From Terriglobia bacterium (GTDB lineage: Bacteria > Acidobacteriota > Terriglobia > 2-12-FULL-54-10), in assembly GCA_963666975.2 (NCBI GenBank), contig CAXVYR010000003.1, positions 544,001 to 608,000 on the forward strand: DNA of 64,000 nucleotides, written 5' to 3'. The notes under the pieces were generated by a model. The model was not told the DNA's origin. It searched no databases and was given only the letters and a program-made list of their open reading frames with translations. This document shows, in pieces, positions 49,604-57,938 of the stretch (within the stretch, counting starts at the first letter, position 1; every line of letters begins with the position of its first letter). A program made the translations under genes and the position numbers.

Positions 49604-50284
49604 ATGTTTAGGTTTAAAGAGCTGATTGAACTGTGGAGATCGGATAACTTACTTACACAAGCCCTGAACGATTCCCGGAAAATGTTGAACAGCACGTACC
49701 AAATGTTCGGTGAATCCGTAAAATCCTTGCGGAGAAGTGACAGCGGCAAGATGGGTATGGATATCTATGCGAAAGATCGAATGGTGAACAAGTATCAGCG
49801 TGAGGTGCGCAGAAAAGTTCTGAAACATCTTGCGATTACCGGAGGCGCCAACCTGATACCTGGCTTGATCTTGACCAACATTGTAATTGATATCGAGCGC
49901 ATTGGGGACTATACGAAAAATATTATGGATTTGGCTGTCGCACATCCGAAAAAGTTAAGATGCGGAATCTATGAGGATGACATAAAGAAGATTGAGCAAG
50001 GAGTGACCCGTATGTTTGAGCAGATTGTTCCGGCTCTGGAGGCCTCTGATAAGAAAGCGGCACGGCAATTGATTGAAAGCGACTGGTGGATGATAAAACG
50101 CTGTGATGAGGTAGCTACTGGCTTGATTAAATCGGAAGATCAGACGCTTAGTCCCGCGGATGCTGTGTCGACCGCACTGTATGCCAGGTATTTAAAGAGA
50201 ATAGCAGCGCATCTTATGAACGTCACTTCGAGTGTTGTGAATCCTTTTGACAGGATTGGCTTCCGGGAGAAAAAGGATGAATAG
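49604..50284 (+). CDS. PhoU-domain protein
   Basis: DIERIGDYTKNI and RYLKRIAAHLMNV repeats; follows the Na/Pi symporter. Confidence 0.88.
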   Translation: MFRFKELIELWRSDNLLTQALNDSRKMLNSTYQMFGESVKSLRRSDSGKMGMDIYAKDRMVNKYQREVRRKVLKHLAITGGANLIPGLILTNIVIDIERIGDYTKNIMDLAVAHPKKLRCGIYEDDIKKIEQGVTRMFEQIVPALEASDKKAARQLIESDWWMIKRCDEVATGLIKSEDQTLSPADAVSTALYARYLKRIAAHLMNVTSSVVNPFDRIGFREKKDE

Positions 50285-50315
50285 ACCGCTGAGTGGGGAC
50301 CTGTTTTTCCCCGAT

Positions 50316-50441
50316 TCGCGGCATGTTGTGCGAATCGCTGATCATGCCACCAATATCGCCGAGGATGTGGTTTATATGGTCGAGAGGAAAATCATCCGGC
50401 ATCGCGCAGAAGACTATACCCGCCGGCCGGAGCCGTCATAG
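50316..50441 (+). pseudogene. C-terminal remnant of a canonical phoU gene
   Basis: SRHVVRIADHATNIAEDVVYMVERKIIRH matches the PhoU C-terminus; no N-terminal part. Confidence 0.8.
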
Positions 50442-50590
50442 CGCCTGTCTGCGCAGGAGCTGACTACGCCCTCTGTTGGCGCAATTCCACTCCCCGCTTA
50501 AAACCTGCCCGCTGACCACTCCCCCTGCCTGCTGCGTGCGAGGATCCGAACATAGGGTGCCGTTCATCATTTCTTAATATGCAATGTTAA

Positions 50591-50745
50591 TAGAACTGGT
50601 CTCAAAAATGCGCGGAATGAGGCAATTGGCAAAAACGAAAGTTACCTCAGGGGCTGAAGCCCCTGTTTTTCAAGGCTTTTTACGGCACGGCTGAAGCCGT
50701 GCCCTGACGGTTAACAGAAAATGGCCATTTTTGAGACCGGTTCTA
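50591..50745. mobile_element. MITE-like element carrying a family-1 REP arm
   Basis: TAGAACTGGTCTCAAAAATG (50591-50610) vs CATTTTTGAGACCGGTTCTA (50726-50745), 19/20 inverted match including flanking TA; REP at 50644-50709. Confidence 0.75.
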
Positions 50746-50841
50746 GTGATAATTATACGTATTTACAGAATTGTATGCGTCCCCCTAAGCTGACCAATGA
50801 GCCTGCTCGGAAGGCCAGAAAAAAAAGAAGGGATTTTAAGA

Positions 50842-51987
50842 ATGAAATTTGCGAGTGCAGTTGCGGCGATCCTGTTTTGGTCGAGCGTTTGTTGGGGGCA
50901 ATCCGGAGCACAGGCTCCGGCCAGCGAGAAGCAGCAATCCACCTACCGGAAGATCTGGAAGTTCGCCGAGTGGTACAACAACGAGTACAACAACGAGCAA
51001 AATCCCGTGCTCCAGAGCGTGCTCTTCAGCGGGCGGTTCCAGTACGACTACGCAGCGCTCGATGCCGACCAGGGCTCGCACTACGAGCGGAACGTCCGCC
51101 GTCTGCGGCTGGGGGCGAGAGTGAAACTGTTCGGTTCGCTCACGCTGCACAGCGAGGCGGATCTCAACCCGCAGGAAGCGGAGCCGTTTTTCCTGCGCCT
51201 CACGGACACCTACTTGCAGTGGAGCCGCAGCCGTCGATTCGCGCTGACGTTTGGCAAGCACGGCGTGCCGTTCACGATGGACGGCGCCACCTCCTCCAAA
51301 GAAATCCTCACCCTCGACCGCAACAACCTCAGCAACAACATCTGGTTCCCGCAGGAGTACATGCCCGGCGGCAGCATTTCCGGCAAGCTCTCCAACTGGG
51401 TCTATCGCGCGGGCGTGTACTCGGCCGGCGAAGCGAATCGAGAGTTCGGCGAGTTCAACGGAAGCGTCTTCACCCTCGCCGTCGTCGGCTATGATTTTGC
51501 GAAATCCCTCGGAGTGAAGGAAGCGCTGCTGGCCGGCAACTACGTGTATCAGAACCCGGACCCACGAAACACCTTCACGCGGCAGCTTCAGCACATGGTC
51601 TCGGCCAATTTCAAGTACGATGCGGGTCAGTGGGGCGTGCGAGCGGATGTTTCGGCGGCGTCGGGCTATCTGGGTCAGAGCGATCTGTGGGGCGTGATGG
51701 CCATGCCGTTCGTCAACGTCACCGACAAGCTCCAGTTCGTAGGCCGCTACACCTTTATTACGAGTGATGATCCGAATGGAGTCCGGCTCGCAAAGTACGA
51801 AAACCGCCTGGTCCCGGGCCGGGGCGACCGGTACAACGAGCTGTATCTCGGAGCCAACTACTTCTTCTATGGCCATAAGCTCAAGTTGCAGAGCGGCGTG
51901 CAGTTTGCGGACATGAACGATAGCGCCGACGACAGCGGGGCCTACTCGGGAGTCTCGTGGACCACGGGCCTTCGCGTAAGTTGGTGA
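50842..51987 (+). CDS. Phosphate-selective porin-like outer-membrane protein (OprO/OprP type)
   Basis: Signal peptide, FSGRFQYDY, VRRLRLG, TFGKH.VPFTMD..TSS, C-terminal aromatic W; in a phosphate cluster. Confidence 0.8.
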   Translation: MKFASAVAAILFWSSVCWGQSGAQAPASEKQQSTYRKIWKFAEWYNNEYNNEQNPVLQSVLFSGRFQYDYAALDADQGSHYERNVRRLRLGARVKLFGSLTLHSEADLNPQEAEPFFLRLTDTYLQWSRSRRFALTFGKHGVPFTMDGATSSKEILTLDRNNLSNNIWFPQEYMPGGSISGKLSNWVYRAGVYSAGEANREFGEFNGSVFTLAVVGYDFAKSLGVKEALLAGNYVYQNPDPRNTFTRQLQHMVSANFKYDAGQWGVRADVSAASGYLGQSDLWGVMAMPFVNVTDKLQFVGRYTFITSDDPNGVRLAKYENRLVPGRGDRYNELYLGANYFFYGHKLKLQSGVQFADMNDSADDSGAYSGVSWTTGLRVSW

Positions 51988-52167
51988 GGCTGTCGCCACT
52001 CAGCCACATGGCAACTTTCCGGCTCGGATGTAAGCCAAGACACTGAAATGGTTTTTTGCTGAGGACTGTATTCTCAATAAAAGATTGAGGTTCCAGGGAA
52101 GTGTCTGACGCAGAAGCAGAAACCGACTGCATTGAGGCAAAGCGGGGAATTGAGGCGTGTGGAATTC

Positions 52168-52230
52168 TGTTGACTTTCAGGATGAGAGGTTGTTAACGTT
52201 TGGGCTTTGTTAAGGTATGATGTTAAACCA
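52168..52230 (+). promoter_or_regulatory. Candidate promoter/operator of the UbiD operon
   Basis: TTGACT...TAACGT plus three TGTTAA copies at 52191, 52208 and 52221. Confidence 0.35.
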
Positions 52231-52323
52231 AAGCAGAGCCCCGCGATTGCATTCGGCAATCGAGGCAGTTAAAATTTCCCTTTAAATCTATAGCCTGAGA
52301 ATCGGCAGGAGGATTGCGAGTTT

Positions 52324-53880
52324 ATGGCCACCGCAAAAGTTGCAACCCCAAGTAAGCTAGATATTAGCAGTCTCCGGAGCACGCTGGAATCGCTGCGAGG
52401 CACAGATGACCTGCTGGTTTCCGATAAGGAAATCAATCCAGCTCTGGAGCTGGCGGGTCTTGCCAAGCAGTTCGACGGCGGATCGGCGATGCTCTTTGAG
52501 CGTGTCAAAGGCTATCCCAACGGCCGTTTGCTGACCAATCTTTTTGCCACCGAACAGCGCGTCACTCGCCTGTTTGGCGTGGAGGACCCCAAAAAATTCA
52601 AGTTCAAATGCGTGGAAGCCATCCATAACCCGATCCTGCCCAAAGTGGTCCAGGACGCGCCCTGCCAGGAAGTCGTCATCGATAAGAACATCAACGTCTG
52701 GGATATTGTCCCTATGATTCAGCACACCGAGAAGGACCCCGGACGCACCCTGGGAGGCGGCAACACCCTGGTTACGGGCAAGTACTTCTGGGGCGGGGAC
52801 CACATCAGCTATAACCGCATGAATTTCCGTGGTCCGGACTACTCCAGTTTTCAGATTTCTCCCGGTTCTCACACCGACATGATCGCCACCGAGTGGTACA
52901 GAAAAGAGCATATTCCCATGACCATCAACATGGGGGTTCCGCCGGCTTGCACGCTGATGGCCGGCGGCGGTTTCTGCTACATGGTTCTGCACAAGGGTTG
53001 CAGCGAGCTGGGCGTGGCCGGAGCCGTACAAGGCTACCCGGTGGATCTGGTCCAGGCGAAAACCGTGGACGCCAAAAGCATCGCCCAGGCGGAGTACGTG
53101 ATCGAGGGTTATCTGGACACCACGCAGAAGGTCTGGGAGAGCGAGGAGTCGGAGAAGACTCAACAGCAAGGTGTCTATCCCTTCCATCCCGAGTGGGCCG
53201 GCTACATGGGCAAGGCTTATCGCACTTACAAATTCCAGGTTACTGCCGTCACGCACCGGAAAGACAAGCCCATTTACTACCCCTCGATCGTGCACAGCTA
53301 CGACGACAAGCACATCGACACCATGATGCGCGAAGCGATGTTCTATGAAATCGCCGACCGTATTTGCCCCGGACTTTGCATTGACACCCACATCGCCATG
53401 CCGCTCACCGACTGGGGCGGGGTGATCTTCCAGATCAAGAAGCGCCGCGCGCGCGATGAGGGCTTCCAGAAGAATATCCTGGCGGCTGCTCTTTCCACCT
53501 CCATGGGCCTGCGCATGGCCATTGCCGTCGACGAGGACATTAACATTTACTCCATGGACGACATGATGTGGGCCCTCACCACTCGCATCGAGCCCGTCAA
53601 CGGAATCCAGATTGTCGCCCGCGGCGGAGCCGGCCAGACCTTCCAGCCCGCGGACCGCAGCTCGGCGGGTGACCGGGATTGGACGCAGACCAATATCCGG
53701 TTCGGCGGCGGAATGGGCTTCGATGCCACCATGCCGTTCAAATTTAAGGATGCCTTCGAGCGGCCGCCCTATCCGATTAACCTGGTTGACGCCTCGAAGT
53801 GGTTTAGCAAGGAAGATATTGCACACTCCCAGGCGAAGATGACCGAGTACGGGAAGTACATGGCGCGCACGGGCTTTTAG
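52324..53880 (+). CDS. UbiD-family (prFMN) decarboxylase, phthaloyl-CoA decarboxylase-like
   Basis: UbiD features (AEYVIEG, IAVDEDINIY, WALTTR, GFDAT) plus YNRMNFR, FQISPGSH, FHPEWAGYMGKAY, TDWGG, which I recall from Pcd/PhtDa enzymes. Confidence 0.85.
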   Translation: MATAKVATPSKLDISSLRSTLESLRGTDDLLVSDKEINPALELAGLAKQFDGGSAMLFERVKGYPNGRLLTNLFATEQRVTRLFGVEDPKKFKFKCVEAIHNPILPKVVQDAPCQEVVIDKNINVWDIVPMIQHTEKDPGRTLGGGNTLVTGKYFWGGDHISYNRMNFRGPDYSSFQISPGSHTDMIATEWYRKEHIPMTINMGVPPACTLMAGGGFCYMVLHKGCSELGVAGAVQGYPVDLVQAKTVDAKSIAQAEYVIEGYLDTTQKVWESEESEKTQQQGVYPFHPEWAGYMGKAYRTYKFQVTAVTHRKDKPIYYPSIVHSYDDKHIDTMMREAMFYEIADRICPGLCIDTHIAMPLTDWGGVIFQIKKRRARDEGFQKNILAAALSTSMGLRMAIAVDEDINIYSMDDMMWALTTRIEPVNGIQIVARGGAGQTFQPADRSSAGDRDWTQTNIRFGGGMGFDATMPFKFKDAFERPPYPINLVDASKWFSKEDIAHSQAKMTEYGKYMARTGF

Positions 53881-53997
53881 CAGCGCCCGCGCAATGAAGC
53901 TGTATTGGAAGCCAGGCCATCCCCGCTGGGGAGGGTTCTGGCTTCTGCTATTCTGGCCCGCCGCAGCTCTGGGCCGGGCGGATAGAGATGAAACCCG

Positions 53998-55284
53998 ATG
54001 GGAAAGCTTCCCAAAACAAATCCTGCTGAGAGCACATCTGCCCTGGATGGCTATCGCGTCCTGGATTTGACCACTCCTCTGGGGCATCCTTGCGGAAAAA
54101 TCCTGGGCGAGATGGGCGCGGACGTAATCAAGATCGAGCCGCCGTCAGGGGACGCCGGGAGGTCGCGAAGCCCGTTCTACAAGGACCCCTCCGGTAATGA
54201 TCACAGCCTCTTTTGGATCTCCTACAACACCAACAAACGCGGCGTCACGCTCAACCTGGAATCCGCCGAGGGGCGCGCCATCCTGACCAGGATGGCGAAG
54301 GAAGCGGACTTCCTTCTGGAATCCTATCCTCCTGGCTATATGGATTCTTTAGGATTGGGATTCAATCAGTTATCCGCCCAGAACCCTAAGCTGATCTACA
54401 CGGCGATCACGCCGTTTGGCCAGTCCGGACCGTACCGGGATTTCCGGGGCGGGGACCTGGAGATTATGGCGCTTTCCGGGCTCATGTCGCTCACCGGCTA
54501 CCCAGGAAAGGAGCCGTTGCGAATATCCCTATCCCAGTCCGAGGCATGGACCTCGCTCTATGCAACCATGGGAGCCCTTACGGCGCTCTCTCACCGGCAG
54601 GCGAATGGCGGGAGCGGCCAGTTTGTGGATGTCTCGGCACAGGCGGTCTGCGTTATCCTGTGCGCCCACGCTCCCTGGTTCTGGGACTACAACCGGGACA
54701 CTCCCAGCCGGGAGGGCGAGTTCATGACGGGGCGCACCATTACCGGCGCCAAGTTCCGCACGATCTGGCCCTGCAAGGATGGTTACCTGACCTTCATCAT
54801 CTACGGCGGCCCCGCCGGACAGAAGACCAACTACGAACTGACGAAATGGATGGAGAGCTTGGGCATGGCCCCCGATTGCATGAAGCAAAAAGGGGACTGG
54901 TCACAATTCGAAGTCGCCACCATCACCCAGCCGGAAGTGGACGAGATGGAAGAAGCGATCAGCAAGTTCTTTGTCAACATAACAAAAGCGGAATATTTGA
55001 AAGGAGTGGCTGAACGTGGCATGCTGGGCTACCCGGTCGCTTCCGCCGATGATATCTTGGCCGACGACCAACTCCAGGACCGGAACTTCTGGCAGCCGCT
55101 GGAGCAGCCGGGCCGCGACCAACCCTTAAAATTTCCTGGTGCTTTCGCAAAATTTTCCGGCATGGAATGCGGAACCCGCTTCCGTGCTCCTCTGCTTGGC
55201 GAGCACAACCAAGCCGTCTACGGGGATGAGATGGGGTTTTCTTCCCAGGAAATTTCTCGATTGCGTGAGGCAGGGGTTGTCTAA
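53998..55284 (+). CDS. Class III (CaiB/BaiF) CoA-transferase subunit lacking the catalytic Asp
   Basis: LDGYRVLDL, GADVIKIEPP.GD, NTNKRGVTLNL, APLLGEHN; the Asp position reads QSEAW. Confidence 0.9.
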   Translation: MGKLPKTNPAESTSALDGYRVLDLTTPLGHPCGKILGEMGADVIKIEPPSGDAGRSRSPFYKDPSGNDHSLFWISYNTNKRGVTLNLESAEGRAILTRMAKEADFLLESYPPGYMDSLGLGFNQLSAQNPKLIYTAITPFGQSGPYRDFRGGDLEIMALSGLMSLTGYPGKEPLRISLSQSEAWTSLYATMGALTALSHRQANGGSGQFVDVSAQAVCVILCAHAPWFWDYNRDTPSREGEFMTGRTITGAKFRTIWPCKDGYLTFIIYGGPAGQKTNYELTKWMESLGMAPDCMKQKGDWSQFEVATITQPEVDEMEEAISKFFVNITKAEYLKGVAERGMLGYPVASADDILADDQLQDRNFWQPLEQPGRDQPLKFPGAFAKFSGMECGTRFRAPLLGEHNQAVYGDEMGFSSQEISRLREAGVV

Positions 55285-55331
55285 GCAATAGGCTTGTATA
55301 AGTAATACGCTCTTATACGGAATCAGAAGCG

Positions 55332-56585
55332 ATGAGCCAACAGGCACTAGAAGGCATTACCGTAGTGGAGTTCACCGCATTTGCGGCGGGGCCGTGTATT
55401 GGGAAATACATGGCCAACCACGGCGCGTTTGTCGTCAAGGTGGAATCCGCCAGTCGTCTGGATGGCTTCCGGACCCACTATCCTCCCTTTAAGGACAACA
55501 TCAAGGGCTGGAACCGGTCCGGCACGTTTGCCATGAACAACGACTGCGTCCACAGCATCGGGCTGAACCTGAAGGTGCCTGCGGGGGTGGAGACGGCAAA
55601 AAAGTTGGTCGCCAAGGCCGACGTCGTCGTGGAAAACTTTACGCCCGGAACGATGAGCAAGCTCGGGTTGAGCTACGATGTGCTGGAACCCATCAATCCG
55701 CGGCTCGTCATGCTGAGCACATGCAACCTGGGGCAGACAGGACCCCGCGCGGAGCATCCCGGTTTTGGCTCGCAGCTTACCTCCCTCAGCGGATTCACGC
55801 ACCTGGCTGGAGAGGCTGGCGGGCCGCCGATGCTTATTTACGGCCCATACATCGACTACATCGCCGTCGGCTACGGTTATATCGCCGTCCTGGCTGCGCT
55901 CGAACACCGCCGCAAGACAGGCAAGGGCCAGTATATCGACCTTGCCCAGTACGAAGGAGGAGCGCATTTTCTGGCCCCCGCGCTGCTGGAGTACCAACTG
56001 CTCGGGACAGCTCCTGAACGGCAGGGAAACCATCACCTGGAGGCGGCGCCGCACGCGGCTTATCGCTGCGCGGGCGAGGGTAACTGGTGCGTCATCAGCG
56101 CCATGGACGACGCCGAATGGAAGCGTCTGGTCGAAGCCATAGGCAGCCCGGCTTGGGCCACAAGCCTCCGCTTTGCCACTCAGCTTGCGCGCAAGGAGAA
56201 TGAGGCGGAACTGGACAAGCACATCGCGGAGTGGACAAGCACTCGCGATGCTCAGGAAGTGATGGAAACCCTGCAAAAAGCAGGCGTCCACGCGGGGAAG
56301 GTGAACACCGTCCCGGAACTGTTTACCGACCCGCAACTGGCTCATCGCCGCTACTGGCGGCCTGTCGAGCACAAGGAGGTCGGCAAGCACCACGCCATGC
56401 TGCCTGCCTTCAATCTCTCCGCCACGCCTTGCGCAGACCCTCGCCCGGAGCCTTGCCTCTGCGAACACACCGAGATGGTTCTCGAAAAACTCCTCGGGCT
56501 ATCCAAAGCTGAGATCGACAATCTGGCCAGCCAGGGCGCAGTGGAACTGGAAAAGTCTCTCACACCCGCCACAAGCAAATCGTAG
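55332..56585 (+). CDS. Class III (CaiB/BaiF) CoA-transferase, catalytic subunit
   Basis: LEGITVVEF, ADVVVENFTPG, PYIDYIA (catalytic Asp), RRKTGKGQYIDLAQYE. Confidence 0.92.
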   Translation: MSQQALEGITVVEFTAFAAGPCIGKYMANHGAFVVKVESASRLDGFRTHYPPFKDNIKGWNRSGTFAMNNDCVHSIGLNLKVPAGVETAKKLVAKADVVVENFTPGTMSKLGLSYDVLEPINPRLVMLSTCNLGQTGPRAEHPGFGSQLTSLSGFTHLAGEAGGPPMLIYGPYIDYIAVGYGYIAVLAALEHRRKTGKGQYIDLAQYEGGAHFLAPALLEYQLLGTAPERQGNHHLEAAPHAAYRCAGEGNWCVISAMDDAEWKRLVEAIGSPAWATSLRFATQLARKENEAELDKHIAEWTSTRDAQEVMETLQKAGVHAGKVNTVPELFTDPQLAHRRYWRPVEHKEVGKHHAMLPAFNLSATPCADPRPEPCLCEHTEMVLEKLLGLSKAEIDNLASQGAVELEKSLTPATSKS

Positions 56586-56598
56586 GCTGACTAATCTT

Positions 56599-56684
56599 TG
56601 GTAGCCCCGGCGAATTGTTTTTTCGCCGTGGGCTTTTCTGCCCGCAACGACCCACGACGAGGAGAGCGCTCGTCGTGGCTACCA
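56599..56684. repeat. GTAG-type REP pair in inverted orientation (REPIN-like)
   Basis: TGGTAGCCCCGGCGAA...TTCGCCGTGGG and CCCACGACGAG...CTCGTCGTGGCTACCA. Confidence 0.75.
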
Positions 56685-56687
56685 CTG

Positions 56688-56774
56688 CTTTCCGAGACTG
56701 AAATCGATGATCTGGCCAGCCAGGGTGCAATTGAACTGGAAAAGTCGCTTACACCTGCCGCAAGCAAACCTTAG
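56688..56774 (+). pseudogene. Diverged duplicate of the last 87 bp of the CoA-transferase gene
   Basis: LSETEIDDLASQGAIELEKSLTPAASKP* vs LSKAEIDNLASQGAVELEKSLTPATSKS* (56499-56585); 16 nucleotide differences by hand count. Confidence 0.9.
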
Positions 56775-56817
56775 AGCAAATTCAAAGTTGCTGTATAGCT
56801 TTCCAGAACGCTCGTGA

Positions 56818-57019
56818 AGCCCCAGAGGGGCGTAAGAGTTTAGCCCACGGCGCCAGCCGTGGGTGGGAAAAGCCACGTCGGATCAGCCCCGGAAGGGGCG
56901 CCAGAAGAGGTGAAAGAGGAGGCCGGAGTGTCTTTCGCCCCTCCGGGGCTTGGGTAATACCGGTCCCCGTTGTCCCAGGGCTTCCGCCCTGGGCTAGATT
57001 CTGCCGCCCTTGCAGGGCT
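56818..57019. repeat. REP-like composite palindrome, family 3
   Basis: AGCCCC..AGGGGCG, AGCCCACGGCGCCAGCCGTGGG, then mirrored CGCCCCTCCGGGGCT and CCCAGGGCTTCCGCCCTGGGCT. Confidence 0.8.
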
Positions 57020-57080
57020 GTGAAGCACCACCTGAACAAGCACAGATTCCCACTTCGCAAATATGGGATAAGGACTTAGA

Positions 57081-57794
57081 ATGGGTGCGATGCGAATGGA
57101 TCAAACACAACTTCTGGTTGAGGTCGAAGATCTGATTAGAACAAGGCCTACGACTGCATTCGTGGCAAATACTGACGTGGAGCTAGCTTGGTTAGGGCGG
57201 TTGACGGCGGTGATTGAAAATTGGAACTCAACCATTCATTTCTCTCTCAATAATAGCATAGATCGATTAGACGGAACAGCGTCATCTAATCGCAGGGGCC
57301 TTCGTGAAATTATGCTTTTACTGCATCATGCGCGGCATGATCTCCGAATGAAGACGATTGGCCCTGCCAATCTAGCGGTTCCACAGGGAGAAGTCTTTCA
57401 ATATTTCGATGAAATTCGCAAAATCATCGAACTCGCACGACAAGACGTTCTTTTTGTTGATCCGTATCTTGATGCGGAGTTTGTCTCTCGCTATTTGCCC
57501 CACATCGCAGATGGTGTCACCGTTCGCTTACTTGCAAGGGAAAGAGTCGCAACACTGATCCCTGCAGTGGAGGTCTTTGCCAAACAAAATAAAAAGAGAA
57601 TAGAAGTTCGATCAACTCCGAATTTCCACGATCGTTACGTCTTCGTCGACAAAACTTCCTGCTATCAGTCCGGAGCTTCTTTCAAGGACGGCGCGAAATC
57701 GGCGCCGACGACACTTACACAGATCACGGATGCCTTTGACGCAGTTTTGAAAACTTATGAGGATATCTGGAGCGGGGCGAAAGTCGAACGCTGA
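57081..57794 (+). CDS. Hypothetical protein with a C-terminal PLD-like nuclease domain
   Basis: IIELARQDVLFVDPYLD...VTVRLL...FHDRYVFVD...YQSGASFKD (HDR variant of the HKD motif); lower GC than core genes. Confidence 0.7.
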   Translation: MGAMRMDQTQLLVEVEDLIRTRPTTAFVANTDVELAWLGRLTAVIENWNSTIHFSLNNSIDRLDGTASSNRRGLREIMLLLHHARHDLRMKTIGPANLAVPQGEVFQYFDEIRKIIELARQDVLFVDPYLDAEFVSRYLPHIADGVTVRLLARERVATLIPAVEVFAKQNKKRIEVRSTPNFHDRYVFVDKTSCYQSGASFKDGAKSAPTTLTQITDAFDAVLKTYEDIWSGAKVER

Positions 57795-57938
57795 GCATCA
57801 TTCTTATCGGCGAGTTAGGCTGTGATCAGGTGTAATTTAACACCGGATTTCCGATATAAACTTTCAGCGGCAAACTTATAGTGACCTCCGAAGTCAATAA
57901 GGATAATCTGGTTCGAGAAAACAGAAAGAGGGACCCAG

